A DNA stretch of 64,000 bases from an uncultured Planctomycetaceae bacterium (lineage in GTDB: Bacteria > Planctomycetota > Planctomycetia > Planctomycetales > Planctomycetaceae): assembly GCA_963815195.1 (NCBI GenBank), contig CAWFGE010000013.1:896001-960000 (forward strand), read 5' to 3'. Positions 45,182 through 58,674 of the stretch are shown in pieces. The notes below the pieces were generated by a model. It made no database searches. It worked only from the letters and a program-made list of their open reading frames with translations, and was not told the DNA's origin. Every line of letters starts with the position of its first letter. Position 1 is the first letter of the stretch. Both the position numbers and the translations under genes were made by a program.

Positions 45182-46105
45182 TCAAGATTTTACCCCTCGT
45201 TTCCACGCGCGCTTGGGAACGAGGGGTTGAAGGAAATCGACCACATCGCAGCCGGCGTTACCGCGCTGATCCGGAACGGCCAACTGGAGGTTTTTCCGCA
45301 GAAAGGCGGGGCGGTTGGTTGTGATGGAATCCACACCCAGTTCCAGAAATCGGCGGGCCAGCGGGACGTCGTCGATGGTCCACGCGTGAAATTCCCGCCC
45401 GGCCTCCCGCAATTGTTTCACAAAATCGGCACCGACGACCCGCGGCTCGGCTTTCGTCCCCAACCCGTCCGCCGCGATCTCTTGGAGCGTCTCCCGCACG
45501 CTTTCAGCCGTGGGTTTCCAGGTTTTGGCCGGCGGATCCTGTTTGTAGCTCGTGAGCCAATACGCCTTGATGCCCGGCAACTGCTTTTTGACCGCCGCGA
45601 TCACGTTTTTATCGAAGGCGATCACGCGGATCTGCTCGTTGGCGAGGCCGCTGGCGGCGAAGACGGGCTTCAAGGCGGGCACGATTTCGGGACCGCATTT
45701 GATCTCGACGTAAATCAATTTCCCTTGGGGCACCGCGGCCAGGACCTCGGACAGCGTGGGGATCCGCTCGCCGGCGTACTTGGGCGATTTCCAGGAGCCC
45801 ACATCCAATTTCCGCAGGTCGGCGAAGGTGGAATCGGCCACGCGGACGTTCTTCCCCGCCGTCCGCTTCGTGTCTTTGTCGTGAATGCACACGATCCGGC
45901 CATCTTTGGAAAGATAGAAGTCGCCTTCAATCCCGTCCGCCCCCTCTTCCCAGGCGAGGCGGAACGCGGCCAGCGTGTTTTCGGGGGCCTCGTGCGAAGC
46001 CCCGCGATGGGCGATCAACAGCGGCGGCCCCGCAAACAGAAACCCGCCGCCGAACAAAACGAACCAGCAAACAAGAATCAAACCACGAGGGCGACATCGC
46101 ATCAT
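45182..46105 (-). CDS. Glycerophosphodiester phosphodiesterase
   Basis: IAHRGASHEAPENTLAAF, GIEGD, HD, EIK, WTID and GVDSITTNRP. Confidence 0.92.
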   Translation of the reverse strand: MMRCRPRGLILVCWFVLFGGGFLFAGPPLLIAHRGASHEAPENTLAAFRLAWEEGADGIEGDFYLSKDGRIVCIHDKDTKRTAGKNVRVADSTFADLRKLDVGSWKSPKYAGERIPTLSEVLAAVPQGKLIYVEIKCGPEIVPALKPVFAASGLANEQIRVIAFDKNVIAAVKKQLPGIKAYWLTSYKQDPPAKTWKPTAESVRETLQEIAADGLGTKAEPRVVGADFVKQLREAGREFHAWTIDDVPLARRFLELGVDSITTNRPAFLRKNLQLAVPDQRGNAGCDVVDFLQPLVPKRAWKRGVKS

Positions 46106-46501
46106 TCGGCTCCGATCATGGGGTGATCCCAAGCGAATCCAGCTTGGAAACGCACACTTGCAAAGCTCCGCTTCACAACGCATCGATAAAAGACAATCCA
46201 TTCCGTGATGTTAAAACGATCCCCCCGCGCGGGCAAGCAAAACACCGGTCCAATCAGCCGGAACGCGACAGGGATTTCCAAGGGTGCATTTTGACCTGAC
46301 ATCGGAATTGAGGAAACGCTTGAAAATAAGGGGTTTGAGGTTCAATCTTGTCAGATTGATTAAAAACTGATAAACCGATCTCCGCTGCGTTCTCCGAGTC
46401 GTCCAATGGGGTCTGTGAATCTGCCTGGAAAAACCGCGAATCGATTTGTGGTTCGCGCCGAAGACTCTCGATCCGCAAGTCTCCGAAGGGTAGCCCATCT
46501 T

Positions 46502-47268
46502 ATGGACAAACCGCAAAAGCCGGCGGAAACGCCCGAATTTGAATTTCTGGACCGCTCCGCGCAAAAGACAGCGTTCTTGCGGGAAGATTCCTGCGCGTGT
46601 TCCGCATCCAAAGCGATCTTGTCCAAAGCATGGAAACGATGGCCCGCGCCCTCGAAGGCTCGCGGAAAGTCGTGACCGTCTTCGGCAGCACGCGGACCGC
46701 CGAGTCGAGCGAGATTTATGAAAACGCCCGCCGGACGTGCAAGCTTCTCGCTCAAAACGGCTTCGCCGTGGTCAACGGCGGCGGTCCGGGAATCATGGAA
46801 GCCGCGAGCCGGGGTGCCCAGGAAGGCGGTGGGCTGTCGGTGGGCCTCAACATTAATCTGCCCCACGAGCAAAAGCCGAACGCCTTTCTGGACGTCGCTT
46901 ACGAGTGCAAATATTTCTTCGTGCGGAAGATGATGTTCGTCAAATACGCCCACGGGTTCGTCATTTTTCCGGGCGGGTTCGGCACGCTGGACGAACTGTT
47001 CGAGTCGCTCACGCTCATCCAAACTGGCCGCGTCTCCGACTTTCCCGTGATCCTGTTTGGCTGCGAGTATTGGTCGCCGCTGCTAAATTGGCTCAAGAAT
47101 TCCACTCTGCAGAGCGGCTACATCGATTCGCTCGATCTCAGCCGCATCGGCCTGACGGACGACCCTGCCGCGGTCGCCCGCTGGCTGGATGAGTCGTACC
47201 TGGGCAAATGCGATTTCAATGGAGGAGCCGAAGCCGCGCTCGCCGCGCATTATCCTTGCGAAGAGTAG
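46502..47268 (+). CDS. LOG family (TIGR00730) nucleotide phosphoribohydrolase; frameshift near 46597
   Basis: VFGSTR, GGGPGIMEA, EQKPN, YFFVRKMMF and PGGFGTLDELFE. Confidence 0.9.
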
Positions 47269-47275
47269 CAAGGCG

Positions 47276-48700
47276 TCAGAGGATTTCTCGAATGACGTCG
47301 CCTTCCAAAAATGTGAGGCGTTCGTTGCGGCCTAGATGCGGGTAGGTCAGGCGGTTCTGGTCGAGCCCCATCTGGTGAAGAATCGTCGCGTGAATGTCGC
47401 GGAAGTGGTGCGGGTTCTCGATCGCTTTGAGGCCGATGTCGTCCGTGGCTCCTTCGATGCGTCCGCCCTGGACGCCGCCGCCGGCCATCCACATCGTGAA
47501 TCCCAGGTTGTGATGATCGCGGCCCTCTCCCCCTTGGGCTTCGGGAGAACGGCCAAACTCTCCGCCCCACAGAACCAGCGTGCTGTCCAAGAGACCCCGG
47601 CGTTTCAGATCGTGAAGCAGGCCCGCGACCGGCTTGTCGGTCTCGGCGGCTTTGCGGAGATGATTTTCTTCGATGTCCTTGTGGGCGTCCCATTGCATGT
47701 TCCCCGGCCCGCCGCCGGAAACCGCGCACACAAACCGCACGCCCTTCTCGACGAGCCTGCGGGCCAGCAAACACCGCCGGCCGTAATCGTGCGTGGGCTC
47801 GGTGCCGATGCCGTAGAGGTCGAGCGTTTCCCGCGTCTCCCGGTTCAAGTCCAAAACGTCCGGGGCTTCGGTCTGCATGCGGAACGCCAGGTCGTACGCC
47901 TGGATCCGCGCTTCGAGTTCCTGATCGCCCGGTTCGAGCGCTCGCGGTTGAGATCGCGGATGAGTTCGAGCGTCCGCCGGCGCTCTGCGGACTCGACGCC
48001 TTGGGGGAGTTCCAGATTTAAGACGGGCCGGTCTCCCGGGCGGAACATCGTCGGCTGATACACCGCGGGCAAGAAGCCGTGCATATACATCGGCTGGCCG
48101 GCTTCCAAAGCCCCTTTTGGATCGGGCATCACCACATACGACGGGAGCGAATCGGTCTCGGCCCCGAGTCCATACACCATCCACGATCCCATGCTGGGAA
48201 AGCCCGGCACCGTCCTTCCGGAGAACAATTCGTACTGCGCCGCCGAGTGCACGACCTTGTCGCCGACGCACGAGCGAATCACCGCCAGGTCATCCACGCA
48301 GCCGGCCAGATGCGGGAACAGATCGGACACCTCGACCCCGCTTTCCCCGTACTTTTTGAAGCGGCGCTTCGTGCCCATGAGCTTCGCATCGGGGCTGATG
48401 AATTGATACTTCGCCTCGCCGAACTCCGCGGGGCGGCGCTTTCCGTCGAGTTTGTTCAGAAGCGGCTTGGGATCGAAAGTCTCGATCTGGCTCGGCCCGC
48501 CCGCCATGAACAGAAAAATCACCGCCTTGGCTTTCGGCGAATGATGCGAGGCTTTCGTAGCCAACGGATTCGCCGATTCGGCCGGGGCCTCTTTTTGAAG
48601 CAGTGAAGCCAGCGCCAATCCGCCAAACCCGCAGCACGCCTCGCGGAGCACGTCCCGGCGGCTGGAAACCAACCCGTTTGTAGAAGAAAAGAACGGGGAA

Positions 48701-48711
<11 letters not shown>
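47276..48711 (-). CDS. DUF1501 family protein; frameshift near 47940
   Basis: SRRDVL, MAGGPSQIETFDPKP, then CLLARRLVEKGVRF, WDAH and GEFGRSP...GRDHH. Confidence 0.9.
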
Positions 48712-51028
<2,317 letters not shown>

Positions 51029-51160
51029 AGTCCCTGAAACCCTGCATCACGTTTCGTTGAAGGAGACCGCTCCATTATGCGGAAACCCTTCGCAGCCTGC
51101 CAGGGATGGCTCCCTTGAGCGGCTGGCGCTAACCGCCGGTCGTATGTGAGGCTGAGCAAA

Positions 51161-51296
51161 TTCAGTACTTCCAAAAATGCCTGAGCCGCGCACGAAGTAA
51201 GCGGTCTTGCGCCGTCTGAGTCCCTGAAAACCGCTTACTTCGTGCGCGGCTCTTGAAAACCAAACCAATTCCCTGAGCTTTTTTGGAAGTACTGAA
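51161..51296. repeat. Nested inverted repeats: an outer 17-bp IR enclosing a REPIN
   Basis: TTCAGTACTTCCAAAAA (51161-51177) and its reverse complement (51280-51296) surround a GAGCCGCGCACGAAGTAAGCGG pair (about 51183-51252). Confidence 0.85.
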
Positions 51297-51411
51297 ATTA
51301 GATTAGCCAGCCCCGGTTTTTTGTTAAACGCCCGATTGGTTTTCCGGTTGTTTCACAGGCGGGCTGGGCAAGGCGCGGCGGCGCGCCTACAACAGAGTCC
51401 GGAGGGAGAGC

Positions 51412-52788
51412 ATGTCCATCGAAACCTTTATCTATCGCAGCAAAATCCCGGCACCGGCGGAATTTGTTTTCGACTGGCACATGCGGCCCCGCGCGCTTGA
51501 ACGCCTCACGCCGCCTTGGGAGAACGTGGAGGTCGGCCGGATGTCCGACGGCATGTCGCCGGGCTCGCGGGGCGAGATCGTCGTCCGCGCGGGCCCGCTC
51601 AAAACGAAATGGATCGCCGAGATTCGCGATGTCCAAGCCGGCCGGCAGTTTCAGGATGTGCAGATGACAGGCCCCTTCGCCTCGTGGGTGCATACGCACA
51701 CAATGATCCCCGACGGCGACGGCGGTTCCATCTTGGAGGATCATGTGGAATACGAGCTTCCCGGAGGCGCTCTGGGAAAATGGGCCGGCGGGAAATTCGC
51801 CCGCCGCAAGCTCGAGCGGATGTTTGCCTATCGGCACCGCGTCACGCATGATGATGTTCTGGTGCTCTATCGACAACACTTAACCACGGAGCCAGAGGCG
51901 ATGAAGATTCTCGTGAGTGGATTGGGCGGTTTGATCGGTTCGGCCCTGGCGCCGCTGTTGTCGACGGCAGGGCACGAGGTCGTCGGGCTCTCGCGGTCGC
52001 CGGGCGAAAACGAAATCGGCTGGAACCCGCGGGGCGGGGAAATCGATCGGGCGGGCCTCGCAGGCGTGGACGCGGTCGTGCACCTCGCCGGCGAGAATAT
52101 CTCCAAGCGCTGGAGCCAGGAGCAAAAACGCCGCATCCGCGAAAGCCGGGTCCAGGGGACGAAGCTCCTATGCGAAACGCTCGCCGGGATGGACTCGCCG
52201 CCGAAGGTGTTGGTGTGCGCCTCGGCGATCGGTTACTACGGCGACCGCGGCGATGAGATTTTGACCGAAAGCAGCCCGGCGGGCGGCATGTTTCTGTCCG
52301 ACGTCTGCCGGGAATGGGAAGCCGCCTGCGAGCCGGCCCGCGAAAAAGGCATTCGCGTGGTCAACACGCGGTTCGGCGTGGTGCTCAGCCCCAAAGGCGG
52401 GGCGCTCGCGAAGATGCTCACGCCCTTCAAGATGGGAGCCGGCGGAAAAGTCGGCAGCGGCAAACAGTACATGAGCTGGATCGCGCTCGACGATGTCGCG
52501 GGGGCGATCCAGCATGGCTTGATGACGGGAGAACTTAACGGCCCCGTCAACGTCATGTCGCCGAACCCGTGCACCAATTCCGAGTTCACCAAAACGCTGG
52601 GCAAAGTGCTCTCGCGGCCCACGATCTTTCCCATGCCCGCGGTCGCCGCCCGGCTGGCCTTCGGCGAAATGGCGGACGAACTCCTGCTGGCGAGCGCCCG
52701 CGCGCTGCCGGAGCGCCTCCAACAAACCGGCTACGAATTCCGCTTTCCCCACTTGGAACCGGCCTTGAGGCATCTCCTGGGAAAGTGA
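51412..52788 (+). CDS. SRPBCC domain fused to a TIGR01777 NAD-dependent epimerase (YfcH-like)
   Basis: N-terminal RLTPPW...GPFASWVHTH; then GLGGLIG, HLAGENI, ASAIGYYG and WIALDD. Confidence 0.92.
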   Translation: MSIETFIYRSKIPAPAEFVFDWHMRPRALERLTPPWENVEVGRMSDGMSPGSRGEIVVRAGPLKTKWIAEIRDVQAGRQFQDVQMTGPFASWVHTHTMIPDGDGGSILEDHVEYELPGGALGKWAGGKFARRKLERMFAYRHRVTHDDVLVLYRQHLTTEPEAMKILVSGLGGLIGSALAPLLSTAGHEVVGLSRSPGENEIGWNPRGGEIDRAGLAGVDAVVHLAGENISKRWSQEQKRRIRESRVQGTKLLCETLAGMDSPPKVLVCASAIGYYGDRGDEILTESSPAGGMFLSDVCREWEAACEPAREKGIRVVNTRFGVVLSPKGGALAKMLTPFKMGAGGKVGSGKQYMSWIALDDVAGAIQHGLMTGELNGPVNVMSPNPCTNSEFTKTLGKVLSRPTIFPMPAVAARLAFGEMADELLLASARALPERLQQTGYEFRFPHLEPALRHLLGK

Positions 52789-52889
52789 CGAGGGTGGACG
52801 GCCAAAATTGATTGTCGTCACTCTTTGCCCGGGTGACGCCGTGTCCCCGCGAATTTTTCACGAACGACAAACAACGGACAAGAAACGCC

Positions 52890-53722
52890 ATGATCGAATC
52901 GCTGCTGGTGAATCAAACGCGGGCCGAGTTTTTCGAGAACTATTTTCTGCGTCTGCCGTTTTCTCAGCCGCAGGGCTGCCGAGATCTAATGCAGCGAAGC
53001 GCGTGGGAGTTGATAGAGGCGATTCTGTCCTCACCGGAGGCGGATGTGATGGTCGTCAAGTCCGGGCAGCGATGGCCCGAAGCCCGCACGCCGAGTTTGG
53101 ACGAAGCCCGAAAACTTTTTGAGGAGGGTTATACGCTCCTGGTCCGGCACGCCGAGCGGCAGGATGCGGAACTCGCCGGCTTCGCGCAGGAGTTCGCGGC
53201 GGATTTTGCGCGGCGGTGGATGTGCATCTTTATTCGACGCCGGGCGAGTCCTTCGGCTTTGGCTGGCATTATGATGTGGAGGATGTGTTCATTCTGCAAC
53301 TCGAAGGGACGAAGCAGTATTCCCTGCGGAAGAACACCGTCAACCCCTGGCCGGTGCTGGAGAACATGCCCCAAGATTTGCGGTACGAGCGCGAACTCAT
53401 GCCGATGCTGCAATGCGAACTCGCGGCGGGCGATTGGCTTTATATCCCGCACGGCTACTGGCACAAGGCCGACGCCCGGAGCGATTCGCTGTCGCTCGCC
53501 GTGGGCGTGATGATGCCGACCGCGCTCGATTTCCTCGACTTTGCCCGCCGGCGGCTGGTCGAGTCCATTCGCTGGCGGCAACGGTTGCCGATGCTCGCGG
53601 AAGACGATCCCCAATCGCAAGCCGAATTCTTCGCCGAGCTGGGACAGGAACTCGCGGCGCTATTTTCCGACCCGGCCTTCGCACGGCAATTTTGGGAGCA
53701 CCAAAAAGACCTCGCCACGTAG
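52890..53722 (+). CDS. JmjC/cupin-4 domain 2-oxoglutarate-Fe(II) oxygenase; frameshift near 53210
   Basis: GYTLLVRHAE, FGWHYD..DVFILQLEGTK and GDWLYIPHGYWH (HxD...H triad). Confidence 0.85.
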
Positions 53723-53725
53723 CAA

Positions 53726-53774
53726 GTGGGTGGGCAATGCCCACCAAATCTTGTGGTGTTGGGCAATACCCACC
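53726..53774. repeat. REP-like pair (GTGGGTGGGCAATGCCCACC)
   Basis: Two palindromic units between convergent genes. Confidence 0.75.
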
Positions 53775-53843
53775 ATTCCGCTGTGCGGACCATTTCTTGT
53801 TCGTTCCGATGCCACCCCGCCGCATCGTTCATGCTGTCGCCCT

Positions 53844-54874
53844 TTACCGCTGATAGATCGGCAAAAAGCCGTTGTCGAGTTGCAGGATCGTGGCGTTGAT
53901 GGCGGTGGTGTAAACGGCCCCGACGCTGCCTTCGTTCCATTCGCCGCTGTTGGACTGTTTGCGGAGGATGTCCTGGCAGATGTCGTCCCAGTATTTCTGC
54001 CACTTCTCGTCGCCCAGGCGGTACATGACTTGGGCGTAATAGTAGTGCATGTAATGCCAGTGCCCCGTGTAAACGTTTCGGCCGCTGCCGGGCCAGACGT
54101 TTTTCTCGCAGTATTTGAGCATCTTTTTGACGGATTCGGCTTCGTATTCCCCGGCGTTGAACATCGCGGCGACCGCGGCGGCGGTGATCGGCGGGCGGGC
54201 TCCGCCTCCGCGGGTGGAGTAACTATACCGGACCCCGCCGTCGGAGGTCGTGCAGTCGGAGATGTACTTTTTCGCGCGGCCGATGATCTCGGCCGAGACG
54301 GGAATCCCGGCATTCCGGCAGGCCCGGAGACCCTGGACCTGCGTAATGCAGGTCGAGCCTTCGTCAAAATCGTTCCCGTCCTTGGCGGAAACATAGCCCC
54401 AGCCGCCCCGCGAGGTCTGAGCCTCGGCACTGAACCTCACCGCGTTCGTCAACACGCGCTTCAGGTCGGTCCGGCGTTCGGCGTCTTCTTCTTCGCCATA
54501 GACTTGCGACAGGAACAGCATCGAGAAGCCGTGCCCGTAGGTGTAGCGGTAATCGCCTTCGTAGCCGATGAGTCCGTTGGGCCGGGCGACCCGGACGAGA
54601 AAATCCACCGCAGACCGGATGTTCTTGGCGTATTTGCCGGTGGTCGTCGTGGACCCGTCGCAGAGCAGGGCCGTCCCCGCGAGCGCGGTCATCGCCACGC
54701 GATACTGGGACGAGTTGGCTTCCCAATACCCCTGCCGGCGCTGGGTGCGGGCCAAGTAATCGAGAGCTTTGTCGATCGCCTGCTGGGTTTTGGGATCTGG
54801 CGCTTTTGCGCGGCGAGCGGCGATGCGGTGCTGAGCAAAACTCCACAAGCGAGGGTCAGCAACATGGTGCGCAT
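53844..54874 (-). CDS. Prenyltransferase/squalene-oxidase repeat protein (secreted); frameshift near 54815
   Basis: Signal peptide MRTMLLTL..., ALDYLARTQ, YGHGFS, GGWGY, QGLRACRNAGI and LPIYQR. Confidence 0.85.
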
Positions 54875-55317
54875 GGGACAACCCTTCCATTTGGCAACAA
54901 TTGATAGAGAGCGAAAACAGAATCCCCAAAATCCCCCTGGGGAGCGGGGCTATGGTGAGGGACGCGCGTGATTCAATCCGCGTCCCCTTTTTTATCGATC
55001 CGGGCCGCGGACTCCATCCCATGCGGAAAGAACGATCCAACGCCCGATCTCTAACCGAACACAACTCGGTTTTTGTGTGTCTTTTGGATTGTACAGGAAT
55101 AAATCGCGGAAAACGACCAGGAAACCGGGACTTTTGCGAATCGCGTCCCAAGTGTCTCGATGGCGGGCGTTCGCAGCGTGATTCTTTCAACTGCCGATGG
55201 AATAACAAGATACAGCAAGGGACTCCGGCGATTTCCTGAGAATTTGCCATCCGGGGAATGCCCCGTACAATCCTGGTAGAGTTTCCAAACACGTTTCAGT
55301 TTTAGGGACATGCCCTC

Positions 55318-55797
55318 ATGTTTCCGGAAAGTCGTATCATGAGCACTTATGGAAAGGTCTCGCCGCGCGTGGCCCGGCGGATTTCCGCGGCCGAAGGCTA
55401 TTTGGATCTGGACATGCCCGTTCGTGCCATGCGGGAGTTGGAAGCCATCACCGAACCCGGGCCTTACGAGCCGACGGTCGAATACATGAAAGGCGAGGCC
55501 CTGATCGCGCAACGGCGGTTCAGCGAAGCGATCGGGCCGCTCAAACGGGCGGTGCAGCTGATCCCGCCGCCCCACAACCGGGAAGCCTGGAAATCCCTGG
55601 GCGAATGCTACCGCTTGCGAGGCGATGAAGAACTGGCCGACGTGATCGAGCTCTTCGCCGATCAGGAAGCCCCCGAAGAGGTGCCCAACATCCTGCAGAT
55701 TCTGAATATCACCTTGATGCTGGAGCAAGCCGTCGAAGACCATCAAGCCGACGATTTCGAGTGGGACGAAATCGAAGACGACGAAGAGGAAGGATAA
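55318..55797 (+). CDS. TPR-like protein with an acidic tail (alternative start 55339)
   Basis: AEGYLDL, KGEALIAQRRFSEAI and AWKSLGECYR. Confidence 0.75.
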   Translation: MFPESRIMSTYGKVSPRVARRISAAEGYLDLDMPVRAMRELEAITEPGPYEPTVEYMKGEALIAQRRFSEAIGPLKRAVQLIPPPHNREAWKSLGECYRLRGDEELADVIELFADQEAPEEVPNILQILNITLMLEQAVEDHQADDFEWDEIEDDEEEG

Positions 55798-55841
55798 GAG
55801 GAGAGATTCTCCCCATGGTCCAACTTCGTTATTCGTAAATG

Positions 55842-55900
55842 AGCGGCACGGCGTAGCCGCCGGTTTTGTGCGAGGAACCGGCGGCTAGCGCCGTGCCGCT
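55842..55900. repeat. REPIN-like inverted pair (AGCGGCACGGCG[C]TAGCCGCCGGTT)
   Basis: About 24-bp inverted arms around a 10-bp loop between convergent genes. Confidence 0.8.
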
Positions 55901-55927
55901 CACAAAGAGACGGCTCTTCCAGTGCTG

Positions 55928-56734
55928 TTATCCGCCGAAGGCTCCATACCGGCGGACGCCCCGGGCGAACGCGACCCGGCCCAGCACCAACAACACGGCG
56001 ATCCACACCAGTTCCAGGCCGATTTCTCTCATCAGCTCGGCATGATCGAACCGGCCCAGCATCACGGCGGCGGGAAAATACGCCAAATACTTAAACGGCA
56101 GAAACTGCACCCATTCGCCGAACGTTCCCAGCCAATCCAGCGGAATCATATGGCCGGAGAGGAAGTAGTTGATCATCATGTAGATGAACACCAGCGAGCT
56201 GACTTCCAAAAACCAGAACGCAATCAGCCCGATCAGCGATTCCAACAGAAACCCGATCAGAAACGCCATCACCAGCGACAGGGCCCATGCCGCGGTCGTC
56301 CAGGCGTCGGGCCAGCCGTCGAAGTAATCCCGGCACAGATAAAACACCAACGCGAACGGCAAAGCGGCCATGATGTAATACACCAGCTTGTGCGCCACGC
56401 GGTGCCAAAACAAATAACCGAGCATGTCGATCGGCTGCGTGAGATATTTCTTGACCGTGCCATCCCGCACGTCCCGCGCGATGCCCGTCGCCAGTCCCGG
56501 CATGCTGGAAAACGCCCGCCCCACCATCGCCAAGAGATAATACGCGACCATGTTGCGATAGGTGTAGCCGTTGAGGGAATCCTGCCCGCGGTAAATCGCC
56601 CCCCACAGAAAAATCTGCGTGACGATCGGCAAAAACCGCACCAGCGTGGCGAACACAAAATCGCCCCGATAAACGAGCCGCTCCTCGAGGCACGTCCGCA
56701 AAATAATCCAATTCACCCGCAACCGAGCCAGCAT
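55928..56734 (-). CDS. ABC-2 family transporter permease (DUF990 type)
   Basis: [40 protein letters not shown] and [10 protein letters not shown]. Confidence 0.9.
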   Translation of the reverse strand: MLARLRVNWIILRTCLEERLVYRGDFVFATLVRFLPIVTQIFLWGAIYRGQDSLNGYTYRNMVAYYLLAMVGRAFSSMPGLATGIARDVRDGTVKKYLTQPIDMLGYLFWHRVAHKLVYYIMAALPFALVFYLCRDYFDGWPDAWTTAAWALSLVMAFLIGFLLESLIGLIAFWFLEVSSLVFIYMMINYFLSGHMIPLDWLGTFGEWVQFLPFKYLAYFPAAVMLGRFDHAELMREIGLELVWIAVLLVLGRVAFARGVRRYGAFGG

Positions 56735-56858
56735 TTGCTTTGCAGTTTTCCCAAAGAGAGATTTCGCCTCACGCCTGGATCGCCGCGCTCGCCGAATCCA
56801 TAGAGTCGATCGCTGTATCGTAGCAACTCGCCAGCGGTTTCCGAATCCCAGGCGCGAG

Positions 56859-58220
56859 TCATTCGCCGATCGTCGCGGGAGCGACCGCGTGCAGGGTTTG
56901 CCCTTCGGCGGCGACGAGTTTTGAGCGAGGCGGCTTTTCGGCCAAGGCGGGCAGCGGGCCGATCAGGTCTTCCACGGCAAGCAGGCTTTGGAGGGCGGCG
57001 GTCGCCATTTCATCTTCGAAGCCGGCGACTTCATCGGCCCGGGGCAGCTTCGCTTCCTTCCGCCACCGCGCGAGTCGCTCGGCGGTCCGTTGAATGATCT
57101 GGTCCTCGGCTTTCAACGTCTGCGACCAGATGCGGCTCAGCCAGCGGGTGCTCAAGAGGTTTGGCGATTCGTAATTGAGCTCCCGCACCTTCCACGCCGC
57201 GGCACACAGCGAACTCCGCCGGGTTCCGCAGAGCATGGGACTGGTTTGGCTATTCGTGATCCAACAGGGCACGGCCACGGAGAACGCGGGCTGTCCCAAA
57301 AGCGTCCACATCGTCGTCCACTGCGGAGCACTCTCGGCTTTGACGCCGTGAAACACCACTGCCGAGACCGTGTTCCGCCGGTTGATCGTCGATTGCGTGT
57401 TGATCAAAGCGGGCAGCAAAAGCGGATTCTGATGGTTTGGGGCCGGTTGAGACTGAACCCCCCAAGCCGCGGCGGGGCCGTCCAAACCCTCTGAGACATC
57501 CCGGCTGAGGGTTTGCAGGAAAAAGCGATAATCCAGCTTGCCGTGCTGAGCGACGTATTTCCCGATCAACCCGTCCGCCCGGAGATACCGCCGGCCGGAA
57601 TACACTTTCAGAAACTCCTGCGGGCGGGCCAAATGCTGCGAACCGGTCGCGGTCATGGAAAAGTTGGACCGCACGATAAAGCCTTGGGGAGCGGCCTCGG
57701 GGTCGCAGGCATCGAACTTGACGAACGAGCGATGCCCCGCTTCGAACATGGCCGCCGCCCCGTGGGCGTCGATCGCGCCGAAGTTGGCCCGCGTTCGCCG
57801 GCCGGTTTGGTTGGTTTCCAAAAGGAGCTTTTCAAAGTCAGCGACGCTCGCGCAGTTCTGGAGCGCGAGCTTCATAAACCGCCCGTTGCCTCGGCCCGTC
57901 TTGTGCCCGCCGGGCAAATCGAGCGACAGCGAATTGGCCAGGCACAGCCCGGCTTCGTTCATACCCATCCAGATCGTTTCCGAATGCCCGGCATCGGTCA
58001 CCGCCAGCAAGCGATATTTGCCGTCGGCGAACACCTGCACGATGTTCTGCCGGGATTCGGTGTCGCGGTTCTTCCACAACAGCGGCCGGCCGTCCTGGGT
58101 GGCTTTCCCCGACACAACCGCAATCGTGCAGCCCCGGGCGCCGGTCCCCGGAAACATCACGGGGAGGGCCAGCACACAAGCTGTCAGGATCGCGCCCAGT
58201 TTGGAGAGGGAAAAACTCAT
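56859..58220 (-). CDS. Ntn-hydrolase, peptidase C45 / isopenicillin-N acyltransferase-like
   Basis: Signal peptide followed by the N-terminal nucleophile [35 protein letters not shown]. Confidence 0.85.
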   Translation of the reverse strand: MSFSLSKLGAILTACVLALPVMFPGTGARGCTIAVVSGKATQDGRPLLWKNRDTESRQNIVQVFADGKYRLLAVTDAGHSETIWMGMNEAGLCLANSLSLDLPGGHKTGRGNGRFMKLALQNCASVADFEKLLLETNQTGRRTRANFGAIDAHGAAAMFEAGHRSFVKFDACDPEAAPQGFIVRSNFSMTATGSQHLARPQEFLKVYSGRRYLRADGLIGKYVAQHGKLDYRFFLQTLSRDVSEGLDGPAAAWGVQSQPAPNHQNPLLLPALINTQSTINRRNTVSAVVFHGVKAESAPQWTTMWTLLGQPAFSVAVPCWITNSQTSPMLCGTRRSSLCAAAWKVRELNYESPNLLSTRWLSRIWSQTLKAEDQIIQRTAERLARWRKEAKLPRADEVAGFEDEMATAALQSLLAVEDLIGPLPALAEKPPRSKLVAAEGQTLHAVAPATIGE

Positions 58221-58674
58221 GGGGTTTCCTCTTTGCGAATCCGCACGGTTGATAAACATGCTGTCATCAACACGTCCGAATCTTGGTATATCCTGTTGCA
58301 TTTCACGCTGCAATAGAAGCATAGGGGATAATGTAGATCTTGCAAAACGTCCTTTTTCCCAGGTTTCCGCTAAACTTTTCCCTATCAAGCACTTAGAAAT
58401 TCTCCGCATCCAATCGGAACTGAGGCATTTCGGAATCACACTTCGCTAAAGCATGACGGTCGAAGCACCTGTGCGTTTTGTGCCGCCGGTCGGCGCCCGC
58501 GGCTCTTTTTTGCTTCAGACTTTCGGACGAACCCAAGCGGTCCATCGACGCGGCGATGGGAAACGCCAACCATCACTGGCTTGGATTGCACCGGGATGTT
58601 GTATTATGCTAGCATATAGATAAATTGATTCGATGCGGCGCTGAGATTGCATCCAAACCCTTGGAAAGTGCGAC

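Noticed and set aside
51412..52788. SRPBCC-TIGR01777 fusion as a novelty
   Set aside because: This architecture is already known in several phyla.
54925..54995. GC-rich hairpins upstream of the prenyltransferase gene as a tRNA or riboswitch
   Set aside because: No cloverleaf, T-loop or recognisable aptamer consensus. At most a terminator-like stem (GGGACGCG/CGCGTCCC plus T tract).
58369..58397. Imperfect dyad CTAAACTTTT-N7-AAGCACTTAG (and a similar one near 46314-46336) as a dif/Xer-like site
   Set aside because: The match is too degenerate to support without a profile search, and no recombinase gene or island boundary is adjacent.
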